NCBI GenBank assembly: GCA_018238155.1
Contig: JABCTZ010000041.1
Coordinates: 1-64,000, forward strand
DNA: 64,000 nucleotides
Reading direction: 5' to 3'
Source: Candidatus Heimdallarchaeota archaeon
GTDB taxonomy: Archaea; Asgardarchaeota; Heimdallarchaeia; JABLTI01
Below are positions 19,416 to 29,381 of the stretch, piece by piece. How positions within the stretch are numbered: position 1 is the first letter of the stretch; every line of letters begins with the position of its first letter. Both the position numbers and the translations under genes were made by a program. Under the pieces are notes generated by a model. It was not told the origin of the DNA. It was given only the letters and a program-made list of their open reading frames with translations, and did no database searches.

Positions 19416-20330
19416 ATGGTGAAAAAACAAATGGGTCAAAAAAAAGTCGCTTTATTAACTTGTGCAGCTGCAGATATTCCTCCGGAATTAGAGAAGAAAT
19501 ATCAGATTACAATAGCTCCTGTATTGCTTAATTTTGAAGAAAAGTCATACAAAAGCTATGGTATTGAAAAGGGATTAACATGGGAAGAATTTTACAGAGT
19601 ATCAGAAAACGAAGTGCCATCAACCGCTATTCCAGGACCAGGACACTTTAAGAAAGCCTTCGATGAAGCCTTTGAAATCGCTGATTCCGTAATAGCTATT
19701 TTTATCTCACATAAAATGTCAGGAATGTTTCAAACTGCAACAAAAGTTGCAGATGAGTTCTTCAAAGATAAAGATGTTTCAGTTTATCATGGTGGAGTCT
19801 CTTGTGTAGGAACAGGAGCACTTGTAATTGAATGCTGTAAATTAGCTGAACAAGGTAAATCTAAAGCTGATATTGTTACCAAGCTAGAAGAATGGATTCC
19901 CCAAGCTAATTATTCAGGTATCATTAACACTCTGGACAATCTTGTTAAAACAGGTAGACTATCAAAAGCGAAAAAATTCTTTGCTGATATGCTAAAGTTC
20001 AAACCTGTACTTGGATACGTTGATGATGAGCTACATGTTTATGGAAACATTCGTGCAGATGATAAAATAATTATTTCTCAAATGAAGAAATTTGGTCAGA
20101 AAGCAATAGAGAATATTCATCCTGGAACAAGCACTCTCATTGTAAATCATTCACGCTGGTCCGAAGCAGGAAATGAAATAGCTGATTTCCTTAGAAAACT
20201 ACCAAACCACAATGTTGAAGTCATTGTTCAAGAAACAGGTGTAATTAACTCATTCTACACAGGAAAAAAACTATTAGCTCTAGGTTACATAGGTAAATAT
20301 GATCATAAATGGTTAATGAATACTAAATAA
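19416..20330 (+). CDS. DegV family fatty-acid-binding protein
   Basis: PSTAIPGP, ISHKMSGMFQ, LDNLVKTGRLS, LKFKPVL. Confidence 0.88.
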   Translation: MVKKQMGQKKVALLTCAAADIPPELEKKYQITIAPVLLNFEEKSYKSYGIEKGLTWEEFYRVSENEVPSTAIPGPGHFKKAFDEAFEIADSVIAIFISHKMSGMFQTATKVADEFFKDKDVSVYHGGVSCVGTGALVIECCKLAEQGKSKADIVTKLEEWIPQANYSGIINTLDNLVKTGRLSKAKKFFADMLKFKPVLGYVDDELHVYGNIRADDKIIISQMKKFGQKAIENIHPGTSTLIVNHSRWSEAGNEIADFLRKLPNHNVEVIVQETGVINSFYTGKKLLALGYIGKYDHKWLMNTK

Positions 20331-20538
20331 TTCATTTTCCATCTATCTTCTTTTTTGTTCTTTATTTGATTGGAAATCGATCAGTTCTGAATAATTAATT
20401 GTCAAATACTTGAATTATATTTGTTATAACTACAAAAAGAATTATCTAACAATACAAATGTTAATTTAGTGAACGCATTAATAAATTTAGTAAAAAAATT
20501 AGCGAATATCTTAGAAATAAAAGGTTGAGTGAAACAAA

Positions 20539-20760
20539 ATGAAAGACAAAGAATTTGAAGATGTATTAGGCAAGAACATTCAAGCCACAGTAATAGATGG
20601 TATAATCTATCTCAAGATAGACCCATCAAAAAGACTAGGTGAATCTAAATCTGGTAAATCAGAAATAGTTGCTACCACAAGTGGCAATGTAAATTATGCA
20701 GGTATCAAATTAGGTATCAATGCCTACCTCCCAAAAACAAAAGTATCAAGCGATGAATAA
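20539..20760 (+). CDS. Small conserved hypothetical beta-rich protein
   Basis: 73 aa; ID.SKRLGESKSGKS.IVATTSGN...KLGINAY; SD-like GAGTGA and a downstream hairpin. Confidence 0.75.
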   Translation: MKDKEFEDVLGKNIQATVIDGIIYLKIDPSKRLGESKSGKSEIVATTSGNVNYAGIKLGINAYLPKTKVSSDE

Positions 20761-20774
20761 AATCGCTTTTTTTT
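20748..20774 (+). terminator. Hairpin plus T-tract
   Basis: AAGCGAT-GAATAAA-ATCGCTT followed by a T run. Confidence 0.5.
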
Positions 20775-20840
20775 ATCCTACCTCTTACTCATTATAAAAA
20801 ACAATCACAAAAAATAAAAAAAAATGAAATTAGATAAAAT

Positions 20841-22914
20841 CTAATTTCTTCGCTTTTTAATTATGACAAGTGTTACTAGGAAAGCTAAACCAGCAGTAAA
20901 TGCTAGGATTCTAAACCCCGGTAAAATAATTGATTCAGGTGGTGTTGTTGTTGGTGAATTTTCTGGCAGAGGATCTAAATCAGGATAAATCAGAGCAATT
21001 CTTAATCCACCAAAACCACTTGCAATGTAAACAGTGTTATCAATAACTTCTACACCATAGAAATAATCAATTTCTCCAGCAGAGAATGAGCCTATTTCTT
21101 CAATAGAATATGCACTTCGAACATCGAGAACCTTAAGACCATTAAAGCCAAGAGCGACATAGAGTAAACTATCTTGAATAGCAATATCTTCTATCCTCCA
21201 TGAATTCAGACCGGTGAAATTCGATGCATAAGTTGGGTTGGACACATCTGAAATATCAACAACTTCTAATAAATCATCACTAGATAAGAACAATAAATCT
21301 AAGTAAGAGTACATTTTTTCAGTATAACTTAGTGTCTTATAGCTATTTATTGCATTTATATCATTTAAATTAGAAGCATCTAAGATATGCACAGTATAAG
21401 TAGTATCTAACAGATAAATAATTTCATTGAACACTTGTATATCTCTAAGAGAATCATCAAGGTCTGTATAGGTTGAATATACCGTTATCATTGTCGGATC
21501 AGCTATATTCATAATCTGTAGATTTTCCGCTTCGAGTACGTAAAGGATATCGTTGCTAATACAGAACGAACTAGTATAGCCTATTGAAGTAATATTCATT
21601 ATTAGTTGTGGGAAAAGTGGATTAGCTATATCGAAAATCAGTATACCGGTCATATCTAAAACATAAACATAACTCTCATAGTATTCTATTTGTGTTGTAA
21701 ATGTATAGCCATCCCATTGACCTAATCCAAGTGGGCTGTTTGGATTTTGAACGTCAACTGTACTTAAAGTGATATTTCCATTTGAGATAAATGCAACATC
21801 TTCACCTATTGCTAAATCAAATGCATAACCAATTATTCCATATGCTAAGACTTTATTAGGACTACTAGCATCAGAAATATTATAACCTAGAAGTCCATTT
21901 GGTGCATCAATAAAGTATAAAGAATCACCATTTAGTTTTATTCCAGTAACCCAACCATCAAAGGATGTTTCAATAGTAGACACTAATACGGGTACATCCA
22001 AATTTGTTATATTGAGAATTTCGACACCATCTCTTTCATCTGCAACGTAAATTAGCTCCTCCTTAGAAGCTATATCAAGTGCAATTCCTCCGTTATCAAA
22101 AGATCCTTTAGCTATTGGTGAACTTATATCCGAGATATTGTAAATTGCTATACCATCTGTGTTTTTTGCTAAATAGATAATATCATCTTCGATTTCTACT
22201 TGATTTACAGTCGAACCATCATCATTTTCAAAGATTATTTCTTCAGAAATAGGGTCTGTTACATTTAATATCATGAAACCATGGTTGATCATTGCTAGAT
22301 ATGCGATGTTGTTTTTTACAGTTACACTTTGCACATCAATAGTTGCACCCGTTCTTGTGTTTATAACACCAGGCGTATATGGATCAGATACATTTACAAA
22401 AACAAGACCATCACCTCCACATGCAACAAAAGCAATTTTATCCTCAACAAAAACATCGTGAGTAATTGTTGCATTTAAGAGCAATGTTCCTGTAATGAAA
22501 GGCGAAATAGGGTTTGTTGCATTAACAATAATCAAGTTTTGATTTTCGTCAGCTACATAAACAAAACCATCATCAACATGTAAATTAGCAACTGATTCAC
22601 CTAAACGAATAACACTTTTCTTTACAACGGCAAATGGATTAGAAATATCAAAAATCAATAATCCATAATCCATTTGGCCATGCTAAAACATAAGCAAGAT
22701 CATTTTCAATTTCAACTTTACTTCCAAGGTAAAAGTTTTCATTCCAAGTTCCTGCAGATACAAAATCAACTGTAGAAGTATTTATACCAGGATATTTATT
22801 ATTATCTTCTCTTATTTGACTTACTATTGTAGGTAGTTCCATTGCGATTACATAGCTATTAACTATGAAAAGTAGTATTATTGCTATTACGCTAGAATTC
22901 TTCTTCGAAATCAT
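20841..22914 (-). pseudogene. LVIVD-repeat beta-propeller surface protein with PGF-type C-terminal anchor, frameshifted
   Basis: Signal-peptide ORF 22648..22914 plus body ORF 20841..22673; many GL.I.DISNP repeats; ends LPGF-TM-KKRRN; a 7-bp tandem duplication at 22659..22672 breaks the frame. Confidence 0.85.
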
Positions 22915-23150
22915 TTTACAACCTTTCCCAATTTTCCCGAATATTATTAATTAAAAATATCTCTGTTCATCTATATTATTATTACCTTCTAAATTGTTAG
23001 CTTAATTTTCAAGTAGTTTAGCCATCTGCTAATATGATAAAATTACATTTGTGTGAGCTAATATATTAGCTGATTTTTTTTATTGAAGAAATAAACTGTA
23101 AGCAGAAGGACTTTATAGTTCAAAGTAAATGTATAAATTGGGTTTCCATT

Positions 23151-23789
23151 ATGATAACTGATATAATAGCTTTTTTTGTATTTGTAATTTCTTTACTACT
23201 TTCAATAATTCTCTTATACGTTACTTTACAGAATCCTAAAACTCGAAAAGGGTCTCGAAGAGAAGTTTTGAAAAAATGGGTTTCATATCGTTTGATAGGC
23301 AATCCACAGGATGCTATTCAAGCTATTAGAAATCAAATAATCGTCAATGGTGCTTTTGTATCTGCTTTATTAGTTTTTACCGGTTTACTTGTTGGATTAT
23401 TTTCCAAAATTTTTACTAACACAAATATTTTTTTCTTAAATATTTTTCCAATGTTAAAAACAGGCACAGTTCAAGTTTTTGTTATTGGACTTTGTATTGT
23501 AGTTAGCTTATTCAGCTTTATTAATTCTAATCGAATGGCAACTAATTTGACTTTTTTAATAACAAGTAAAATTGATGAAAAAGAAAAGTCAGTAAATGAA
23601 CTCCACCTAACACAAGAAGCATTTAGAATAATGCAAAGATCTTGGATGGTAGGCATTCGCGGATTATTTTTCCTAATTGCAGCAATTACTTGGTTAATTC
23701 ATTCTCTAGTATTCATTATATGTACATTACTAATTTTGCTCTATGTAGCACTTATCCAAGATTTCTCCATTTTTGAAAGGAAAAAGTAA
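23151..23789 (+). CDS. DUF599 family membrane protein
   Basis: AIQAIRNQI....AFVSA, W.VGIRGLFF, multiple TM helices. Confidence 0.7.
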   Translation: MITDIIAFFVFVISLLLSIILLYVTLQNPKTRKGSRREVLKKWVSYRLIGNPQDAIQAIRNQIIVNGAFVSALLVFTGLLVGLFSKIFTNTNIFFLNIFPMLKTGTVQVFVIGLCIVVSLFSFINSNRMATNLTFLITSKIDEKEKSVNELHLTQEAFRIMQRSWMVGIRGLFFLIAAITWLIHSLVFIICTLLILLYVALIQDFSIFERKK

Positions 23790-23930
23790 TCAAAAAATAC
23801 TATTCATATTATTAACGTATTCATTTCTAATAAACTTTTATTGTTTTTACAGTGAATAGTTGCACGAAGCAATAGTCTTTAATATATTGTATACCAATAT
23901 TCAATTATAATCTTACAATAAGGTGAAATT

Positions 23931-25538
23931 ATGAGGATTAAGAAAACATTAATTTTAGCTATGGTATTGATAATGCTTACCCCAGCAATATCATTACTAA
24001 GTGCAAATATTCCTGAAGAGGAAAATTTTGTACCAAATGACTATGATGATACAGTTGGTGTCATTGCAGGTGATACTCTGTTCTATAACATTGATCAACT
24101 TGTTCTACCAGAAGATATGCAACCAGAAAACATTACTATACCCGATTTATCAGACAACACAATCTTTGTAAAAGTAATGTATGTTGACAATAATTATTAT
24201 TATAATTCAACTCATACTGGAGTTCGTATCTGGTATTCTATTGGTTTTATGTTCGAGAAAGAGGTAACATTCGATTTAGATTTTACTGAATTGGATATAG
24301 ATATTGTTATTCCAAAAGGCGCAGCAACTCCTTCACCAGTTGTAGAAGGTGCTCCACACTTCCAAAATACAGATACAGCTCCATCATTCTTCTTCTTAAA
24401 CGACGATTGGGGAGATCACAAAACAAATCTACAAAACTTGGGATTCACAATCACAGAAACTACATCTGAATTTACAGCAACTTTCACAAATGGTACTGGT
24501 ACAGTTACTGGTACTTGGAGAAAAGCTGACGGTGTATTAACTCACATTCTTTTCGATGACGTTTACATGGGCAATATGGACGCAACAGGAATGACTGTTG
24601 AACTAAGCTTAGATAAATTAGAAAATCGACCATTAGCGGTTACAGTTGGAGACATAATTGAACTTGAAGTTGAAAACGCTGATATTACACTTACTGGTTC
24701 AGGCGATTTATACGATGATATTAATCAAACTGAATTCTCTGAAGTGCAAAGCACAATAGCTTCTATTGAAGGAAAAACATTTGTTAAATTCGTTATTAAC
24801 GAAGTTCATGGTATGTTTTATACTTGTTCAATGTATGTTTACGATATTGACGATGACAAAGTAAACAAAGTAACAGATGATGATCTTTACTTCAATGGAT
24901 TCCTCGGTTCAATTAAAACAAATGACTATCCAGAATATAATGGAGCAATTCATGATTATGCTCCAATGGGTCTTGCTCCAGTAGTTACTCCAGATTGGGA
25001 TATCTATGAAGGATATATGGACTTAGCTAGCACACTTTTTGGTGTGTATGTTGAAGAAATGCTAAAAGTCCTTACCATAGATGAAGATAAAGTTGTTTTC
25101 AACACCTTAACACCAACTTGGGGTTTCCAAAAGAAACAAGGTTATTACTACTTCCAACAAGCTTTAGACGCAGACATTGATATTAACATGACTAGTTCAG
25201 TTTCTCCAATGCTCGGTGTAAACGGCGTATTTGACGCAGGTTTCAGTATAGTTGCCAACGAAAAGATGTATCATGCATACCACAATAGTGGTGTTTTCGC
25301 AGGTTTCAGAGTAGAAGGAACAATAGATCAAACAATTTACGACACAACTAATTATACTGGTACAGGATTCGTAGTTGGAAACGTTCATTTAGTTTTTGAC
25401 TTCAAATTACGCAATCCAGACTTTAATCCACCAGATGCCTATGGCGGAGGATTTATCCCAGGATTCGAATGGCTTATTGCTATTCCAGCAATAATGGGTG
25501 TAGCAGCTATTAGTTTCATTTCTCGCAAGAGAAAGTAA
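23931..25538 (+). CDS. Large acidic surface glycoprotein with two internally related domains and a PGF/CTERM anchor (choice-of-anchor S-like)
   Basis: Signal peptide; two V..GD-initiated domains; many N-x-T/S sequons; IPGFEW-TM-RKRK. Confidence 0.75.
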   Translation: MRIKKTLILAMVLIMLTPAISLLSANIPEEENFVPNDYDDTVGVIAGDTLFYNIDQLVLPEDMQPENITIPDLSDNTIFVKVMYVDNNYYYNSTHTGVRIWYSIGFMFEKEVTFDLDFTELDIDIVIPKGAATPSPVVEGAPHFQNTDTAPSFFFLNDDWGDHKTNLQNLGFTITETTSEFTATFTNGTGTVTGTWRKADGVLTHILFDDVYMGNMDATGMTVELSLDKLENRPLAVTVGDIIELEVENADITLTGSGDLYDDINQTEFSEVQSTIASIEGKTFVKFVINEVHGMFYTCSMYVYDIDDDKVNKVTDDDLYFNGFLGSIKTNDYPEYNGAIHDYAPMGLAPVVTPDWDIYEGYMDLASTLFGVYVEEMLKVLTIDEDKVVFNTLTPTWGFQKKQGYYYFQQALDADIDINMTSSVSPMLGVNGVFDAGFSIVANEKMYHAYHNSGVFAGFRVEGTIDQTIYDTTNYTGTGFVVGNVHLVFDFKLRNPDFNPPDAYGGGFIPGFEWLIAIPAIMGVAAISFISRKRK

Positions 25539-25552
25539 GTTAACTAACAAAT

Positions 25553-25588
25553 ATTGTGCGTTCTTCGCACAATTATACTCTTTTTTTT
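25553..25588 (+). terminator. Hairpin plus T-tract terminator
   Basis: ATTGTGCG-TTCTT-CGCACAAT, then T8 at 25581-25588. Confidence 0.65.
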
Positions 25589-25877
25589 ATCGGTTTTATT
25601 AAAACTTTATTAATGGATTTTTTTTGTTGCAAATCTATTCGATTGAATGCCTTAATATGATCATTTGAACTATTATAGCTGAATAATACTATAAAGGTGA
25701 AAAAATATGAGGATGAGGTATATTTTTTGTTTAAATAATCCTCACAATCAAATGAATTTGAACTGAAGATTAAAAAATAGTCAATGAATTGACATCTTGA
25801 TAAAAAGAAAGAATTAAAGAAAGCTTAAACTAATAAATACTCAGCTGATAATTTACATAGGAGCTAGACTTTCAAGA

Positions 25878-27047
25878 ATGTCAACAAATCTTAGTCCCGA
25901 AGCCAAACTAGCAGAAGAAGAATATAAGGATGCCAAAACTATCGAAGATAAGATTGTCAAGCTTGAAAAATTCATCTCTATGGTACCTAAGCATAAAGCT
26001 ACTGAGAAAATGGTTGCAAGATTAAGAAGCAGTTTAGTAAAACACAAATCTGAATTAGAAGATAAACGAATAAGAATGAAATCCCTAGGAAAAGGACCTT
26101 CTTGGGTTCTTGGAAAGGAAGGGGATGCTCAAATATCACTTGTTGGAATAGCAAATTCAGGCAAATCACTTCTCTTTAAAAATCTAACAGGTGCAAATGC
26201 AAAAGTAGGCGATTATCCATACACAACAGAAAAACCTGAACCTGGTGTTGTTGACTGTCAAGGAGCAATATTACAACTAATTGACCTGCCAAGTATTTTC
26301 CCTAATATAAGAAATGAATCCAAAATTGGTAACATGTTGTTTTCTCAAATAAGAGCTGCTGATTTAATCATTTTTGTGATTGATTTAACCAAAGATCCTG
26401 AAGTGCAAATGACTATTCTATTAGAAGAACTTTATAATGGTAGTATTCGTGTGAACAAATCTCTGCCACCAATTGAATTACGTAAAACTGGTTCAGGAGG
26501 AGCATTACTAATTGGTGAAGAAAAAATAGATGCTAGCCGAGAGGAAATAATTGAAATCCTTCATGATCAAAGCTTGTATAATTTCTCTTTGAAAATTTTA
26601 AAACAAATCCAATTATCAGATCTTGTAGAAGCATTAGATACAAGTCTTAGTTATAATATTGGTATCATTGTAGCAAACAAAGGAGATGCAGATAGCTCAA
26701 AAGAAAACTATGAAAAACTGAAAAGATTATACGCTAAACAATTTCTGATATTTCCAACAAGTGCTTTGAAGAAGGAAGGTTTAGAAATTTTAGGCGATGA
26801 GATCTTCAAGCAATTAAAACTGGTACGAGTCAGAAGCAAAGAACAAAATGGGGAAATTGCTAAAAAACCAATTGTAATTAGAGAGGGTGCGACTGTTGCA
26901 GATATAGCAAAAATAATCCATACTCGATTTTATGATTATTTCAAACAAGCCAAAATAACTGGACCCAGTGCAAAATTTGATGGTCAATCAGTTGGACTAA
27001 ATCATATTCTAAAAGATGGAGATATTGTTGAAATCTTTGCCGACTAA
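25878..27047 (+). CDS. DRG/OBG-family GTPase with C-terminal TGS domain
   Basis: PKHKATEK, GIANSGKS, DYPYTT, QLIDLP, NKGD, GATVAD.A..IH, GPSAKF.GQ.VGLNH.LKDGDIVEI. Confidence 0.92.
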   Translation: MSTNLSPEAKLAEEEYKDAKTIEDKIVKLEKFISMVPKHKATEKMVARLRSSLVKHKSELEDKRIRMKSLGKGPSWVLGKEGDAQISLVGIANSGKSLLFKNLTGANAKVGDYPYTTEKPEPGVVDCQGAILQLIDLPSIFPNIRNESKIGNMLFSQIRAADLIIFVIDLTKDPEVQMTILLEELYNGSIRVNKSLPPIELRKTGSGGALLIGEEKIDASREEIIEILHDQSLYNFSLKILKQIQLSDLVEALDTSLSYNIGIIVANKGDADSSKENYEKLKRLYAKQFLIFPTSALKKEGLEILGDEIFKQLKLVRVRSKEQNGEIAKKPIVIREGATVADIAKIIHTRFYDYFKQAKITGPSAKFDGQSVGLNHILKDGDIVEIFAD

Positions 27048-27179
27048 TTATTTATGCCATTTTTATTTGTGTACTATTATATTAAAAATAGTTTTCGGGA
27101 TATTCTCTAGAAGAAGAATACCCCATGAAAGCTTAAATCTTAATTATAAACTGATGATTTCATAATTTGATTTATAATA

Positions 27180-28124
27180 TCATATACAGCTTTGGCATTC
27201 ACTACCACAATCTGCACAACAATCACAACAACTACAACAAGAACTACAGGGATTATTTTTAATATAACACAAGTCATTGCAATTGCTTGCACAACAATTC
27301 ACTTCACAATCATCTCTATGTTGGTTAGGATCTTCATTTGGCTCAATTAAATAACTAATAACTCCAAGATTATGTGGTGAATACTTGCTTACTTGTGCCT
27401 GTAATTGTTTCTTGCAAACTCTATAGGGATTTGCAGAAGCTTGTGCAAATAAACTAAGTCCATGATAAACATCAGTTGTTTTAGTTTTTATTTTGCTTCT
27501 TTCAACATTGGTTTTTAAAGCGTCAATAATTTTTTTAGTCAAATCAAATCTGTGAGTTTTATAATAAGCAATAATTTTAGATTTTTTCCAAGTGATAAAG
27601 GGATTAAAATTACCCGTTTTCCTGTCAAAATCAATATCCTGTATTGAATCACGCATTGTGATAAGTGTACCAAGATTTTGCCCAAGAATAGTCATTTCTT
27701 TTGCAATATTTGGGTTACAATCACAAATTCTGGCAGCTACCTTGAAAACTAGACCATAACCATCACCACTGCGTTTAAAATAGGCAATTGGTTCAACAAA
27801 TTCATCAGAGTTTTCCCAGAAATAGATTTGTTCTTCAATTTTATTTAATTGCTGCTCAATTCCAAAAGGATCTCGAATTAAGGGTTTAGCAATTGAAACA
27901 ATTACTTTTGCAACAGCCTTAATAGCTATACTGAAAAAGTCTGAAGTAGAATCTTGAACAATGTCATTTAATTTATTGTAAAAATATCTTCGCCAAACAT
28001 ATTTTGAGTATGTATTGGATTCTTGCTTACTAGCACCTAAATTTTTCATTATTTGATATATTCCTTCACATCTTTGATGTAAAGAACAATTTTGTGTTTT
28101 AACACCAATAAATAAACATTCCAA
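27180..28124 (-). CDS. DUF5685-like protein with Cys-rich C-terminal tail
   Basis: LG.LI..RDS.QD...DRKTGNFNPF; tail CCASNCNDLC..CSSCCSCCDCCADCGSECQSC. Confidence 0.6.
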   Translation of the reverse strand: MECLFIGVKTQNCSLHQRCEGIYQIMKNLGASKQESNTYSKYVWRRYFYNKLNDIVQDSTSDFFSIAIKAVAKVIVSIAKPLIRDPFGIEQQLNKIEEQIYFWENSDEFVEPIAYFKRSGDGYGLVFKVAARICDCNPNIAKEMTILGQNLGTLITMRDSIQDIDFDRKTGNFNPFITWKKSKIIAYYKTHRFDLTKKIIDALKTNVERSKIKTKTTDVYHGLSLFAQASANPYRVCKKQLQAQVSKYSPHNLGVISYLIEPNEDPNQHRDDCEVNCCASNCNDLCYIKNNPCSSCCSCCDCCADCGSECQSCI

Positions 28125-28280
28125 TAGAAAAACCTCTAATATTTATTCACAAAATTCCTTAAAAATTTATTCCAATAAGAAAACTTGTCTATATAAAATT
28201 CGAATTCTCAGTAAATAGCTTTTTTCACTGCAAATTAATGGATTTTACACAAGTGTTCAAGTTTGTTTCTTTAATTTTTT

Positions 28281-29183
28281 TTAGAGTAAAAAACCAAAAC
28301 AACCAAAACCAAAAGCAATTACTCCAGCTAGAAATGAAGACCAAAAATTGACATGATCATTTCTAAACCAGTCTTGTCCACGAGTTATTATTGTAGGTTC
28401 ATTGCAATGGATTTTCTTTTCTGTTCCTTTTTCACAAACTTGACATTTGAAAAATCCTTGAATTGTTGCTCCTAATAAACTGTCAATAAAAGCACCAATA
28501 AAACCGGCAATTCCTGCAAGGGGTATGAAAAGATAGAGTTGCCAAGTAGTAGAAGCAGGAATAGGATTCTTCCAAATTATCTCTATTACTAACATTAAAA
28601 CAGAGACACTAATTGCTCCAATGAATGCTGCACCTGTTCCTTTTGGAGAAATACCACCAGAAGTACCTCGCTCAACTTTCTTCCTTAGATTTAAAATCCA
28701 AAATGGTTGATCATTGGAAAGAATACCAATTTCTGTTCCCCAAGTATCTGCAGTGACTGTAGCAATAGCTGCAATAGCTGCATAAATGAAAGCATTTGAT
28801 AAAATAACATTATCTGTAAAAATAAACATTAAAAGGTGAGCTAAAGCAAAAATAAAACTTCCAAGACCATTTGCTAATACTTGAGATGTATCTCTTTCTC
28901 CACCCTTTTCAAATTTATCTTGGATACCTTGTTTGTCTTTTTTTCGATATTTTGTAAGCAAGTTACTCGAAATAAAAAAAGCAAAAAGAGCAAAGTAGAA
29001 GATTGGATTTATCATCCAACTTGCAATACCAAGAAAAGTAGCGATAATACAAGCAAAAATTGTTAGATGACGATGTGATCGAGCCCAAACAAAAAGTGGT
29101 ATATTAATAGTTAATCCAATAACTAAAGCTATTAGCCAACCCCAAGTACCAAACCATTCAGTAAACCACATATTCATAATCAT
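28281..29183 (-). CDS. DUF92/TMEM19 family membrane protein
   Basis: KGGERD..QVLANG, ADTWGTEIG, GTSGGIS..GT, DSLLGATIQ, ND.VNF. Confidence 0.92.
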   Translation of the reverse strand: MIMNMWFTEWFGTWGWLIALVIGLTINIPLFVWARSHRHLTIFACIIATFLGIASWMINPIFYFALFAFFISSNLLTKYRKKDKQGIQDKFEKGGERDTSQVLANGLGSFIFALAHLLMFIFTDNVILSNAFIYAAIAAIATVTADTWGTEIGILSNDQPFWILNLRKKVERGTSGGISPKGTGAAFIGAISVSVLMLVIEIIWKNPIPASTTWQLYLFIPLAGIAGFIGAFIDSLLGATIQGFFKCQVCEKGTEKKIHCNEPTIITRGQDWFRNDHVNFWSSFLAGVIAFGFGCFGFLL

Positions 29184-29381
29184 TAGATATAATCACTCCA
29201 ACATTCCGTTTTTACTTTAAACATCTATCAAAACTTTACAATATTCAAAAGTTTTTCTATCTTTAAATTGAAAAATAATCACAAACATTCTCAAAGATCT
29301 TATTTTTGTCACCCAAAATAATTTTAAAGGTTTGAAACATATTTTTCTAATTCTTATAACAAAAAATAGTTGTGATTTAGA

